Shown here: positions 27,540 to 35,943 of the stretch, one piece after another | How positions within the stretch are numbered: position 1 is the stretch's first letter | Layout of the letters: each line of letters starts with the position of its first letter | DNA from: Promethearchaeota archaeon | GTDB lineage: Archaea; Asgardarchaeota; Lokiarchaeia; Sigyniarchaeales; SOKP01 | Length of the DNA stretch: 59,631 nucleotides | Reading direction: 5' to 3' | Assembly: GCA_004524725.1 (NCBI GenBank) | Contig: SDNW01000003.1 | Span: forward strand, 1-59,631 | Made by a program: the position numbers and the translations under genes | Notes under the pieces: model-generated | Seen by the model: the letters and a program-made list of their open reading frames with translations, nothing else | The model's database searches: none | What the model was told of the DNA's origin: nothing

Positions 27540-28157
27540 TTGATAATGAGTGATTTAAAAAAAGAAAATAGTTATAACTACGAAGGAAAATCCTTTAAAG
27601 GGTATTTATTACCATCCAACCCATTAATTGTTGCATTAACTGCAGTTTTTATGGCATTAATTTATATTATAACTGCATTCTTCGCCATTCCTGTACCAGC
27701 AACTGGAGGCTATATTAATTTAGGTGATATGTTAGTAATGTTTACAGCATTATTATTTGGACCAATAGTAGGTGGATTAGCAGGGGGATTTGGTTCAATG
27801 CTAGCTGATATACTATCACCTTATTATATTTACGCTCCAGCAACACTATTAATAAAAGGAATTGAAGGCTTTCTTATTGGACTAATTTCAAATCCAAGGA
27901 ATAATAACTCAAGAGTATCCTTTCGAGATTTAATGGCAGTTATTATTGGGGGTATTATAATACCTTTAGGTTATTTTCTTTACGAAGCATTCGTTTTAAA
28001 TCTAGGAGTAGCGGTTGCATTAGTTGAAGTTCCGGGCAATTTCTTTCAGTTTGGCTTTGCGGCTATTTCTTCAATAATACTAATTACAGCTACCCGTAAA
28101 AATCTAATAACCAATTTTCCACAAGTCTTTAATAAGGTTTTTATCCTTCAGTTTTAA
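27540..28157 (+). CDS. ECF-transporter S-component-like membrane protein
   Basis: 205 aa with about 6 TM helices. YINLGDMLVMFTALLFGPIVGGLAGGFGSMLADIL is typical of ECF substrate-capture subunits. No ECF A/T genes are adjacent. Confidence 0.55.
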   Translation: MIMSDLKKENSYNYEGKSFKGYLLPSNPLIVALTAVFMALIYIITAFFAIPVPATGGYINLGDMLVMFTALLFGPIVGGLAGGFGSMLADILSPYYIYAPATLLIKGIEGFLIGLISNPRNNNSRVSFRDLMAVIIGGIIIPLGYFLYEAFVLNLGVAVALVEVPGNFFQFGFAAISSIILITATRKNLITNFPQVFNKVFILQF

Positions 28158-28280
28158 TATATGCTTAGATAGTTTTAGAGTGGTTATACGACCCATATAA
28201 TCTGAAATTCACTTAAATTTTTAAACTAATTATTAGATTACATTTTTATATATTAAACAGAGATTTTTGTATTCGTAATA

Positions 28281-29081
28281 ATGTATGAGATTGTAATTCC
28301 GATTATTATTTTAACTTGCTTGATTGTTATCTTTTACACTGGCTTCTTTTTATTATATCGCCTATTTAAAACAAAATTGTATAATTTATTTGGATTAGCG
28401 ATGTTCTTCATCCTCTACGGAATCCAAATGACCGGAGAATTCTTCCCTTTTGGAGTATTTCGATATATACTTCCCCAATTGTGCTTGTTATTCCTAATTT
28501 TTTTTGTCAAATATACTTTCTATAAAGACTCTAAGAGTAAGATACCTCTATTAGTACTCCTAATATTCATTTCTTCAAGGATTTTAGAAGTTGTTTATGT
28601 GATAATTTATGATTTTCAATTACCATTAAAAAATACTATTTCTATTGAATTAATACCAAGTTTTTATATATACATAACAATTTTAGTCATAGAAATTTCG
28701 GTTCCTATGTTCTGGTTGGGATATAAAGCCCTTATTACGTATAATAATCTTAAAAATCATGATATTCAACCTTGGATAAAAAAAAGATATCAAATAATAG
28801 CAGTTTCAGCTTTTTTTTTGGGATTAAGTAGTTATGCTAATTATTTCTTACCATATGAAGGGGGTTATGAAGCAGTAAATCCAATAGTATTCATATTCAT
28901 AGCATCAGCCTTACTTATTTTCTCTTTTGGTAATCTTTTTGGTTGGATAATGCCCAATTGGCTCAAAAGTTTCTTTAATCGTAATTATAAAGCAAAAGAG
29001 GAGGAAACTTTATCTGAGAGAGAGCTCATGGATATGATTGAAAGAAAAATATCAGGAGGTAATAACAATAGAAATTATTAA
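28281..29081 (+). CDS. Seven-TM membrane protein, paralogue A
   Basis: Seven hydrophobic helices. Its conserved cytoplasmic tail (WIMPNWLKSFFNRNYKAKEEETLSERELMDMI) is shared with 29336..30139. Confidence 0.6.
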   Translation: MYEIVIPIIILTCLIVIFYTGFFLLYRLFKTKLYNLFGLAMFFILYGIQMTGEFFPFGVFRYILPQLCLLFLIFFVKYTFYKDSKSKIPLLVLLIFISSRILEVVYVIIYDFQLPLKNTISIELIPSFYIYITILVIEISVPMFWLGYKALITYNNLKNHDIQPWIKKRYQIIAVSAFFLGLSSYANYFLPYEGGYEAVNPIVFIFIASALLIFSFGNLFGWIMPNWLKSFFNRNYKAKEEETLSERELMDMIERKISGGNNNRNY

Positions 29082-29343
29082 TATCTTAGGCAAAAATTTA
29101 GCCACGAATCTTAATATAAGTCCTCCTGCAGCTAGAGGTCTAATTAAATTATCCATTAAAGATCAATTTGGACCCTTTAAACCATTATCACAACTTAGTT
29201 ATGAGGATTTGAAGTTAATAATAAACCAATCGCTTAAAAAAAGGTTATTAAATCTGGAAGTTGTTAATTTAAGAACTATTATCAATATTATGTTAGAAGA
29301 TTTAAAAAAAAATCAGTCAGTAATTACAATGGCAGGTGTATAA
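29038..29343 (+). CDS. Small soluble protein between the two 7-TM paralogues (start uncertain)
   Basis: Open frame with only a TTG at 29038. A strong AGGAGGT (29054-29060) lies inside the upstream gene's 3' end. It overlaps both neighbours (44 nt and 8 nt), which suggests translational coupling. Confidence 0.4.
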   Translation: MKEKYQEVITIEIINILGKNLATNLNISPPAARGLIKLSIKDQFGPFKPLSQLSYEDLKLIINQSLKKRLLNLEVVNLRTIINIMLEDLKKNQSVITMAGV

Positions 29344-30139
29344 TATGTTAAGTGAAATCTTGTTCAATACTTTTGCTCTAATTTTTGCTTTATTCATTAT
29401 TATAATCTTAGGCGTAGGATTTTTTCTTTTGGTGCGAGGAATTCAAATAAAAATGTGTAATATTATAATTGCGGCAATAGCTTTTATAGGTTTGCCTATT
29501 GGATTTATTGGTAATGTTTTATTTAATCTCGGTGGATTTTTCCAAGAGATTTTTATTTTTATTGCTTTCAATTTCACTGTAGTTTTTACTAACTTGACAT
29601 TCTATAAAAGGAAAAAAGTATACCCAACCATAGTATTCGCCATAGTTTTTATCTTGGGGGTTATTCAAATAGCTTTACATGCTTTACCTTTACTTTTTGG
29701 AATCAACGTCTATTATTTAAGAGTTTCTTTAGATCTACCTTATACTTTATTAACTTTTAATTGGCTTGCATGGGCAGCATTTCAGTCCTATAATCGTTTA
29801 AATGAATATATTATCGCTCCTTGGGTAAAATTAAGATATAAATTAATCGCAGTTTTCTCTTTCCTCATAAGCTTTAACAGCATACCTGAATTTTTTCAAC
29901 CAAAAGGAGTATATTGGGGGGATCCGGATAACATTACTAGTTTAATTATCTTTGGAATTACCGCAATACTGGCAATTTCTTTTTCCTTAGGATTTTTTAT
30001 AGCATGGATCATGCCTAATTGGCTTAAGAAGAAAATTAACAAAAATTACAAGCCATTAGAGGATAAGGAATATTCAGAAGAGGAACTAATGGAGATGATA
30101 AAGACTCAATTGGACGATGAAACTCGCTCAAATAAATAG
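29336..30139 (+). CDS. Seven-TM membrane protein, paralogue B
   Basis: Same topology and tail as paralogue A (WIMPNWLKKKINKNYKPLEDKEYSEEELMEMI). The likely true start is the ATG at 29345, preceded by AGGTG. Confidence 0.6.
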   Translation: MYNMLSEILFNTFALIFALFIIIILGVGFFLLVRGIQIKMCNIIIAAIAFIGLPIGFIGNVLFNLGGFFQEIFIFIAFNFTVVFTNLTFYKRKKVYPTIVFAIVFILGVIQIALHALPLLFGINVYYLRVSLDLPYTLLTFNWLAWAAFQSYNRLNEYIIAPWVKLRYKLIAVFSFLISFNSIPEFFQPKGVYWGDPDNITSLIIFGITAILAISFSLGFFIAWIMPNWLKKKINKNYKPLEDKEYSEEELMEMIKTQLDDETRSNK

Positions 30140-30225
30140 AATATTATCATTAAATAAAAATATAAATTCAATAATTTGCATTATAATAAATGAGAAAATA
30201 AATCAATATCCGAATCTACTATGGG

Positions 30226-31785
30226 GTGGTCCATATCATGGGCAAAAATGACCAAAAAGCAAACCATCTAAGAATAAATTTTTTAGATCCAATGAAAAAT
30301 GATATCACTAAAGCTTTAATGGAAAATTTTCCCGATATTGTACTGATTCTTGATAAAGAAGGAGTTATTGTAAAGGCTTCTAAAAATACATCATCTTATT
30401 TTAATATCAATTCTGAGGAAGAACTCATAGGTAAAAGTCTCATTGATTTAACAACTTCTCAATATAAAGATTATATCAAAAAAGATTTGGACCAACTTGA
30501 TGTTTCTAAAAGCATTGGGATGGTAGAATATGAATTTAATAGTAAAAGTGGAACTAATTTTATTGGAGAATTAAGTGTAACCGCTTTTTCTACTCAAAAA
30601 TCAGACCAAAAGTATTTTCTTGGCATTATCCGAGATATTACCAATCAGAAGATTATAGAAATTGAATTAAGAGAAAATAAACAAATGTTTCAATTGGTAA
30701 TGGATAATATCCCCCAACTAATTTCCTGGAAAGATGTAAGTTCTACATACCTAGGCTGTAATAAAAATTTTGCTCGTGTCGCAGGATTGAGCAACCCTAA
30801 AGAGATCTTAGGCAAAACTGATTATGAACTTCCATGGAAAATTAGTGAAGCGGAATCATTTTTCGAAATTGATCAATATGTTATGGACACTGATAAACCA
30901 GAATATCATATCATTGAACCTCAGCTTCAAGCAGATGGAAAACAAGCTTGGTTAGATACTAATAAGATCCCATTGCATAATTCTAAGGAAGAAGTAATGG
31001 GTATCTTGTGCACTTATGAAGATATTACTGAACGAGTAAATTCTGAAATTGCATTAAAAAATTCAGAAAAGAAATATAAAGAAGCATATAATCGAGCAGA
31101 ATTCTATAAAGATGTTTTTGCTCATGATGTAAGTAATATTTTACAAGGCATTTTATCCTCTGTGGAACTATGTCGATTTACTACAAGTAAGTCAAAAAAT
31201 GTTATCGATTTAGATAACTTATTTGATATTATTGAAGATCAAGTTAATCGTGGAGCCAATTTAGTTTCAAATATAAGAAAAATCTCAACAATCGATAATA
31301 TTAATAGATATTTGGAAAAAGTAGAAGTATGTGAAATATTAAAAACATCAATCGAAAATATCAAAAAGCGATTTCCTAAAAGAGAAATTGAATTTACTTT
31401 TGAGAGCAATTATGATAAATTATATGCTCGAACCAATCATCTAATTAGTGATGTCTTTAATAACATTCTTTATAATGCCGTAAAACATAATTCCCAACCA
31501 AAAGTAAGAATCAATATCCAAATATCAAAAGAAACTGTCAATGATGAAGCCTTGATTAAATTTCAATTTAAGGATAACGGCGTCGGGATCCAAGATTCGC
31601 AAAAATTAAGCATTTTTACTGCTACTATGATAGAATCTCAAAGTTTTAATCGATTGGGTTTGGGATTATCTTTAGTAAAAAAATTAATAGAGAATTATAG
31701 TGGGAAAATTTGGGTAGAAGATCGCGTTGAAGGTGATTCTACGCAAGGAAGTAATTTTATATTAATGTTAAAAGAGTGGGTATAA
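30226..31785 (+). CDS. Soluble sensor histidine kinase with two PAS domains
   Basis: Two PAS-like segments, H-box [13 protein letters not shown]-box NAVKHN, G1 DNGVGI and G2 GLGLSLV. There is no TM helix. The probable start is the ATG at 30238, preceded by GGGGTGG. Confidence 0.85.
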   Translation: MVHIMGKNDQKANHLRINFLDPMKNDITKALMENFPDIVLILDKEGVIVKASKNTSSYFNINSEEELIGKSLIDLTTSQYKDYIKKDLDQLDVSKSIGMVEYEFNSKSGTNFIGELSVTAFSTQKSDQKYFLGIIRDITNQKIIEIELRENKQMFQLVMDNIPQLISWKDVSSTYLGCNKNFARVAGLSNPKEILGKTDYELPWKISEAESFFEIDQYVMDTDKPEYHIIEPQLQADGKQAWLDTNKIPLHNSKEEVMGILCTYEDITERVNSEIALKNSEKKYKEAYNRAEFYKDVFAHDVSNILQGILSSVELCRFTTSKSKNVIDLDNLFDIIEDQVNRGANLVSNIRKISTIDNINRYLEKVEVCEILKTSIENIKKRFPKREIEFTFESNYDKLYARTNHLISDVFNNILYNAVKHNSQPKVRINIQISKETVNDEALIKFQFKDNGVGIQDSQKLSIFTATMIESQSFNRLGLGLSLVKKLIENYSGKIWVEDRVEGDSTQGSNFILMLKEWV

Positions 31786-31828
31786 TCCACTAACCTTATT
31801 TATTTCCATAAATTCTAAGTTCATATCG

Positions 31829-34414
31829 ATGTATGTAATCTTAGAGAATTTGCATAAAAGTGAGATTTCAAATAATCAGCTCTTTCTTATACCGCAACCT
31901 CGCTATATTCGAAAGAAAGATTCCCCTCTATTAGAAATAACAGGGAAAATTCTTCTTAAAACTGATATTTCGGATAATTATTATTATTTAATAGATGAAT
32001 TTTTTGACTCGTTATGCGGTTCCAAAAGAGAAGTGGACTTTGATGTAAAATTTGAGGAGGAGGCTTTTAATCTTAAAGCAAGTTTATCATTGATTGAAAG
32101 TAGTTTTCCAAAGATCTCATTTTATAATATTAGAAAAGATAAAAGGTGGAGAGAACAAGGATATTTTATAAATTGTAATGACAGTTCCTTGCTTGTATAT
32201 TCAGAAAATATACAGGGTTTGTATTATGGGCTTCAAACTGTACTCCAAATATTTAATTCATACGATAAAAGTTTATCCTTTACACCAGTTATTATACTTG
32301 ATTATCCCGATCTACTAATAAGGGGCATTTCAGATGATATATCGAGGGGTCAAGCTCCAAAAATCTCCAATATAAAAAAATTTCTTAAAGATTTAAGCCA
32401 TTACAAGATTAATCACTATTATTTAGTCTACATCCATGATATGTATCAGTTCCTAGGGCATCCTGAAATTGGAAAGGAACGCGGGGCTTACAATAGGGAG
32501 GAGATAAAAGAATTATATACTTATGCTAAGCGATACTTCATTGAGTTAGTGCCAATTTTTCAAACCACAGGCCATTGGGATAATATCTTACATAAGAAAG
32601 GTTACTGGACCTACGGAGAGTTTCCCGGTTCTAATAGTTTGAATATAACCAATCCTGACGTTTATGATTTGTTAGATGAGATGATTGGAGAATTGAGAGA
32701 AAGTTTTAAGTCCAATTATTTTCATATAGCTTGTGATGAGAGTAGTGATGTGGGAAAATTGGCATCAAAACAGCATGTCGAAAAACTTGGTCTTGGGAGA
32801 GCATATCTTGAACACTATTTAAAAGTTTATAATATCGCTAAAAAGCACGGATATGATAAGATAATAATTTATCATGATATTTTGTATAAATATGATGAAG
32901 TTCTTGAGAATTTACCAAAAGATATAATAATAATGTATTGGAATTACAGTTCCAAAAAAAAGCACCCAATAATTGACAAGATTAATAAATCTAATTTAGA
33001 TATCATTATAAGTCCTAGTATTATGGATTTTAATAGAATTTTTCCGTCTCTTAGTAAAGCTGAAGAGAATATTATGAATTTAATCCAATATGGGTATCAG
33101 AAGGGAGCAATAGGTGAGATTACCTCCAGTTGGGGTGATTATAACAACAAAGAGATAAGAGAAAATCGATACTATGGCTTTATCTTTTCCAGCGAGATAG
33201 GATGGAATGCTGCAAAAAATGTGAATTTATTAAGGTTCTGGCGTTCCTTATTGATTCAATTATTTGGTATACGAGACATACGATATTTCAAGATTTTTTC
33301 TATATTTCGATCGATTCAGGATAAGAAACGATTACATATAAGAGATACGTCTTATTATAATCACTTTTTTAGCCACCCTTATAATAAAAAGAGTTCCATT
33401 TATCGAAAAAATATAAAAGTATCTAAATTTAATGACCTCATTGCTGATCTTGAGACAATTATTAAACTCTGTAATGAACTGGAGCAAAATGAAATTAAGC
33501 ATAAAGACCATATCCTTAATTTAGCATTTATTGCAAAACACATCAAATTCTTTTGTATGAAACGGATCCATTCAAAGAAGTTAGTATCCTTTCATCCTGA
33601 AAAAGGCAATCTCAAGTTTGCAAGCATATATAGCGATGAGATAGAGTCATTAAAAGCCAATCTAAATGATTTGGTAGAGGACTATGAATTTTTATGGAAT
33701 CAATGTGCGAAAAAGTATGGATTTAGCCCTATTCGACAGAAATATGTATGGTTGCAGAAGTTTTATGATTCCATGTTGTCAAAAATCGAAAATAAGAAAC
33801 CCTGGGAAAATCCTAACGTTCCAAGTCAAACAATATATTTGGATGCGAAGAAGAGACACAGTATATATACGAACTACTACACAAAAGAATTCTCTATAGA
33901 AGAGGATGTTAATAGTGCTTACATACAAGTTATGGCTGGAAGTTTTGCAAAAATTAAGATTAATAATATCTATATTGGGTATGTAATTACTAGAAATTCA
34001 CTTAATTATGTTATGAATTTATATAACCTCAAAATTTTTGATATTAAACCATTCCTTCACCTTGGAAAAAATACCATTCTCATTGAAAATAGCGATTTCG
34101 AGGGAGGAATCTCCCCTATTAATGTATATGGAGAGATTAACTTGAATTCTGGTAAGAAACAACATATTTTTTCCGATAAGTCGTGGAGAGGAACTCATTC
34201 ATTAGTATCAGAATATAAAAAAGTTAAGAGTTTAGGTAGACCTCCCCGATTTATAGGGGGAATATGCTATCCTGATTTTGAAAATAGAATTATTGCCTCT
34301 AAGTCAGACTATATTGCCCAATTTAATTTCCTTGTGGGTCGGTTTTCAAGAGTTTTTTATAAATTACTTAAATTTGCGTTCAAATTAATCCATCGTTATG
34401 ATTTAATTGAATAA
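31829..34414 (+). CDS. GH20-like (beta-N-acetylhexosaminidase superfamily) glycoside hydrolase with a large C-terminal extension
   Basis: [12 protein letters not shown]...[19 protein letters not shown]..., then KINHYYL, QTTGHWD and FHIACDES follow the order of GH20-type N-domain and TIM-barrel motifs. No obvious signal peptide. Confidence 0.5.
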   Translation: MYVILENLHKSEISNNQLFLIPQPRYIRKKDSPLLEITGKILLKTDISDNYYYLIDEFFDSLCGSKREVDFDVKFEEEAFNLKASLSLIESSFPKISFYNIRKDKRWREQGYFINCNDSSLLVYSENIQGLYYGLQTVLQIFNSYDKSLSFTPVIILDYPDLLIRGISDDISRGQAPKISNIKKFLKDLSHYKINHYYLVYIHDMYQFLGHPEIGKERGAYNREEIKELYTYAKRYFIELVPIFQTTGHWDNILHKKGYWTYGEFPGSNSLNITNPDVYDLLDEMIGELRESFKSNYFHIACDESSDVGKLASKQHVEKLGLGRAYLEHYLKVYNIAKKHGYDKIIIYHDILYKYDEVLENLPKDIIIMYWNYSSKKKHPIIDKINKSNLDIIISPSIMDFNRIFPSLSKAEENIMNLIQYGYQKGAIGEITSSWGDYNNKEIRENRYYGFIFSSEIGWNAAKNVNLLRFWRSLLIQLFGIRDIRYFKIFSIFRSIQDKKRLHIRDTSYYNHFFSHPYNKKSSIYRKNIKVSKFNDLIADLETIIKLCNELEQNEIKHKDHILNLAFIAKHIKFFCMKRIHSKKLVSFHPEKGNLKFASIYSDEIESLKANLNDLVEDYEFLWNQCAKKYGFSPIRQKYVWLQKFYDSMLSKIENKKPWENPNVPSQTIYLDAKKRHSIYTNYYTKEFSIEEDVNSAYIQVMAGSFAKIKINNIYIGYVITRNSLNYVMNLYNLKIFDIKPFLHLGKNTILIENSDFEGGISPINVYGEINLNSGKKQHIFSDKSWRGTHSLVSEYKKVKSLGRPPRFIGGICYPDFENRIIASKSDYIAQFNFLVGRFSRVFYKLLKFAFKLIHRYDLIE

Positions 34415-34435
34415 TAAAAAAAAAATAAATTGGAA

Positions 34436-35395
34436 TTAGAAGTTCGAATAAATCATGAACTTATTTGCTGAGCCTAAACTATAAATTTCGAATTTTGACC
34501 CTTTCTTTGTTTCACAAAACATTTGAATCAAAGGAAACAAGTAGATTGGAGTAGTTATTTGAGTATCCTTATCTTTATCATAATTCTTATGGTCACTTCT
34601 AGCCGAACTCACAGTCTTTTTAATGTTTTTATTCATATAGCCAAGGGAAGCTTCTACTTTTGATTCGAGCTCTTTAAAATCACTGAATTTTATTCCTTCT
34701 ACATCATCTAATACTTGTTGCAGATCATCACCAATTTCTTTTTCATACTTCGTTTGAGCACTACTATGCAAAACTGGGAGACCCGTAACTACCGTCTGGA
34801 AAGGCACCGGTAGATTTTCATATTTATAAAGATTTTTATGTCCTTCACACTCTTTACATAACTCGCTTCTATTTCCAGAACCATAACATGCATTGCAAGG
34901 ATAAGAAAAAGGTCTTTTTTCTTTCTTTAGATCCTCACCAACTAACACCGTTAATGTCTCTTTTATGATTCCCGTTCCACTACAGGTTTTGCATTTATTT
35001 TCAATAAAACCTTTTCCTTTACACGAGTTACACGGAACCGCTTGAATTGATTCAAACATCGGTACTATTTCCTTTTCCTTCCAATTCTCCTTATTAACCT
35101 TCCCGCTACCCTTAAAACTATAAAATTGTTCGCGTCCTAATTTTGGAGCAGTCACTATGTTCTCATCCTTACCTTTGGGTGTCGGACCTAATGTTTTTTT
35201 CACAGCAAAATAAATTGCGGCCTCTTTCAGAGTGTCCTTTACATATTCTGCGGCACTGATCGCATCTAATGAAAAAATTGCCCCTTTTGTTCCGAATTGC
35301 TTCTCCATCTTTTTGTGATCGGTTCTACTCGCTTTTTGCTTCCACTTTTCAAATATATCGTCTAAATTTGGCGTCTTAATTCGCACATCTGGCAT
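34436..35395 (-). CDS. Protein with a DnaJ-type CxxCxGxG zinc-finger module and no J domain
   Basis: CNSCKGKG...CKTCSGTG...CNACYGSG...CKECEGHK gives four Cys pairs with the spacing of the DnaJ central cysteine-rich domain. The flanking regions are unrecognised. Confidence 0.55.
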   Translation of the reverse strand: MPDVRIKTPNLDDIFEKWKQKASRTDHKKMEKQFGTKGAIFSLDAISAAEYVKDTLKEAAIYFAVKKTLGPTPKGKDENIVTAPKLGREQFYSFKGSGKVNKENWKEKEIVPMFESIQAVPCNSCKGKGFIENKCKTCSGTGIIKETLTVLVGEDLKKEKRPFSYPCNACYGSGNRSELCKECEGHKNLYKYENLPVPFQTVVTGLPVLHSSAQTKYEKEIGDDLQQVLDDVEGIKFSDFKELESKVEASLGYMNKNIKKTVSSARSDHKNYDKDKDTQITTPIYLFPLIQMFCETKKGSKFEIYSLGSANKFMIYSNF

Positions 35396-35604
35396 TGAAT
35401 TTCACATCCAAGTTACAAGTCAAATTATAATTTTTAAAATTATAACATTATAAAATAGATAAAACTAAATAAATTCATCAGATCTTAACTAAATTTTTAA
35501 TGCTAACCTTTCAAATGAAATTAAAACTAGAAATAATTAAAATAGAGTAATTATATATAGAATGTAGATCAAATACTTGTTGAATTAAAAAACACACGAT
35601 TAAT

Positions 35605-35772
35605 ATGTCAGCAGAAGAACGTCAAGCAGTTGAATATTTTCTTCAGTGGATGACCCCCAATGGCGGTGGCCTTGCAGAATGGATTTCTTATTACCTCAAA
35701 GAAGGAAATGAAGAAAAACTTAAACAGATCAAACAAATTTACGATAAAATAAAGCAAATATTTGGCTTTTAG
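35605..35772 (+). CDS. Possible small ORF (55 aa)
   Basis: ATG-initiated MSAEERQAVEYFLQWMTPNGGGLAEWISYYLKEGNEEKLKQIKQIYDKIKQIFGF in a 548-nt intergenic gap. It is below the ORF-track cut-off and has no other support. Confidence 0.25.
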   Translation: MSAEERQAVEYFLQWMTPNGGGLAEWISYYLKEGNEEKLKQIKQIYDKIKQIFGF

Positions 35773-35943
35773 CTTCACTTACTTTTTTTAAAAAAGAGTT
35801 ACGAGAATTTTTTAGAAGTTTAAGGTGTACATATAATTCTAATTTACACATTGATTTGAAAATTTTTTTTACAAAATTAATAAAATTGAATTAATGCCCC
35901 TCATTACTATATATGTTCAAAAAGAATTGATTGGTATTAAATT

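Noticed and set aside
28281-30139. The 7-TM paralogues as microbial rhodopsins
   Set aside because: Neither has a Lys in the middle of TM7 for a retinal Schiff base, and neither has the DTD/DTE-type TM3 motifs.
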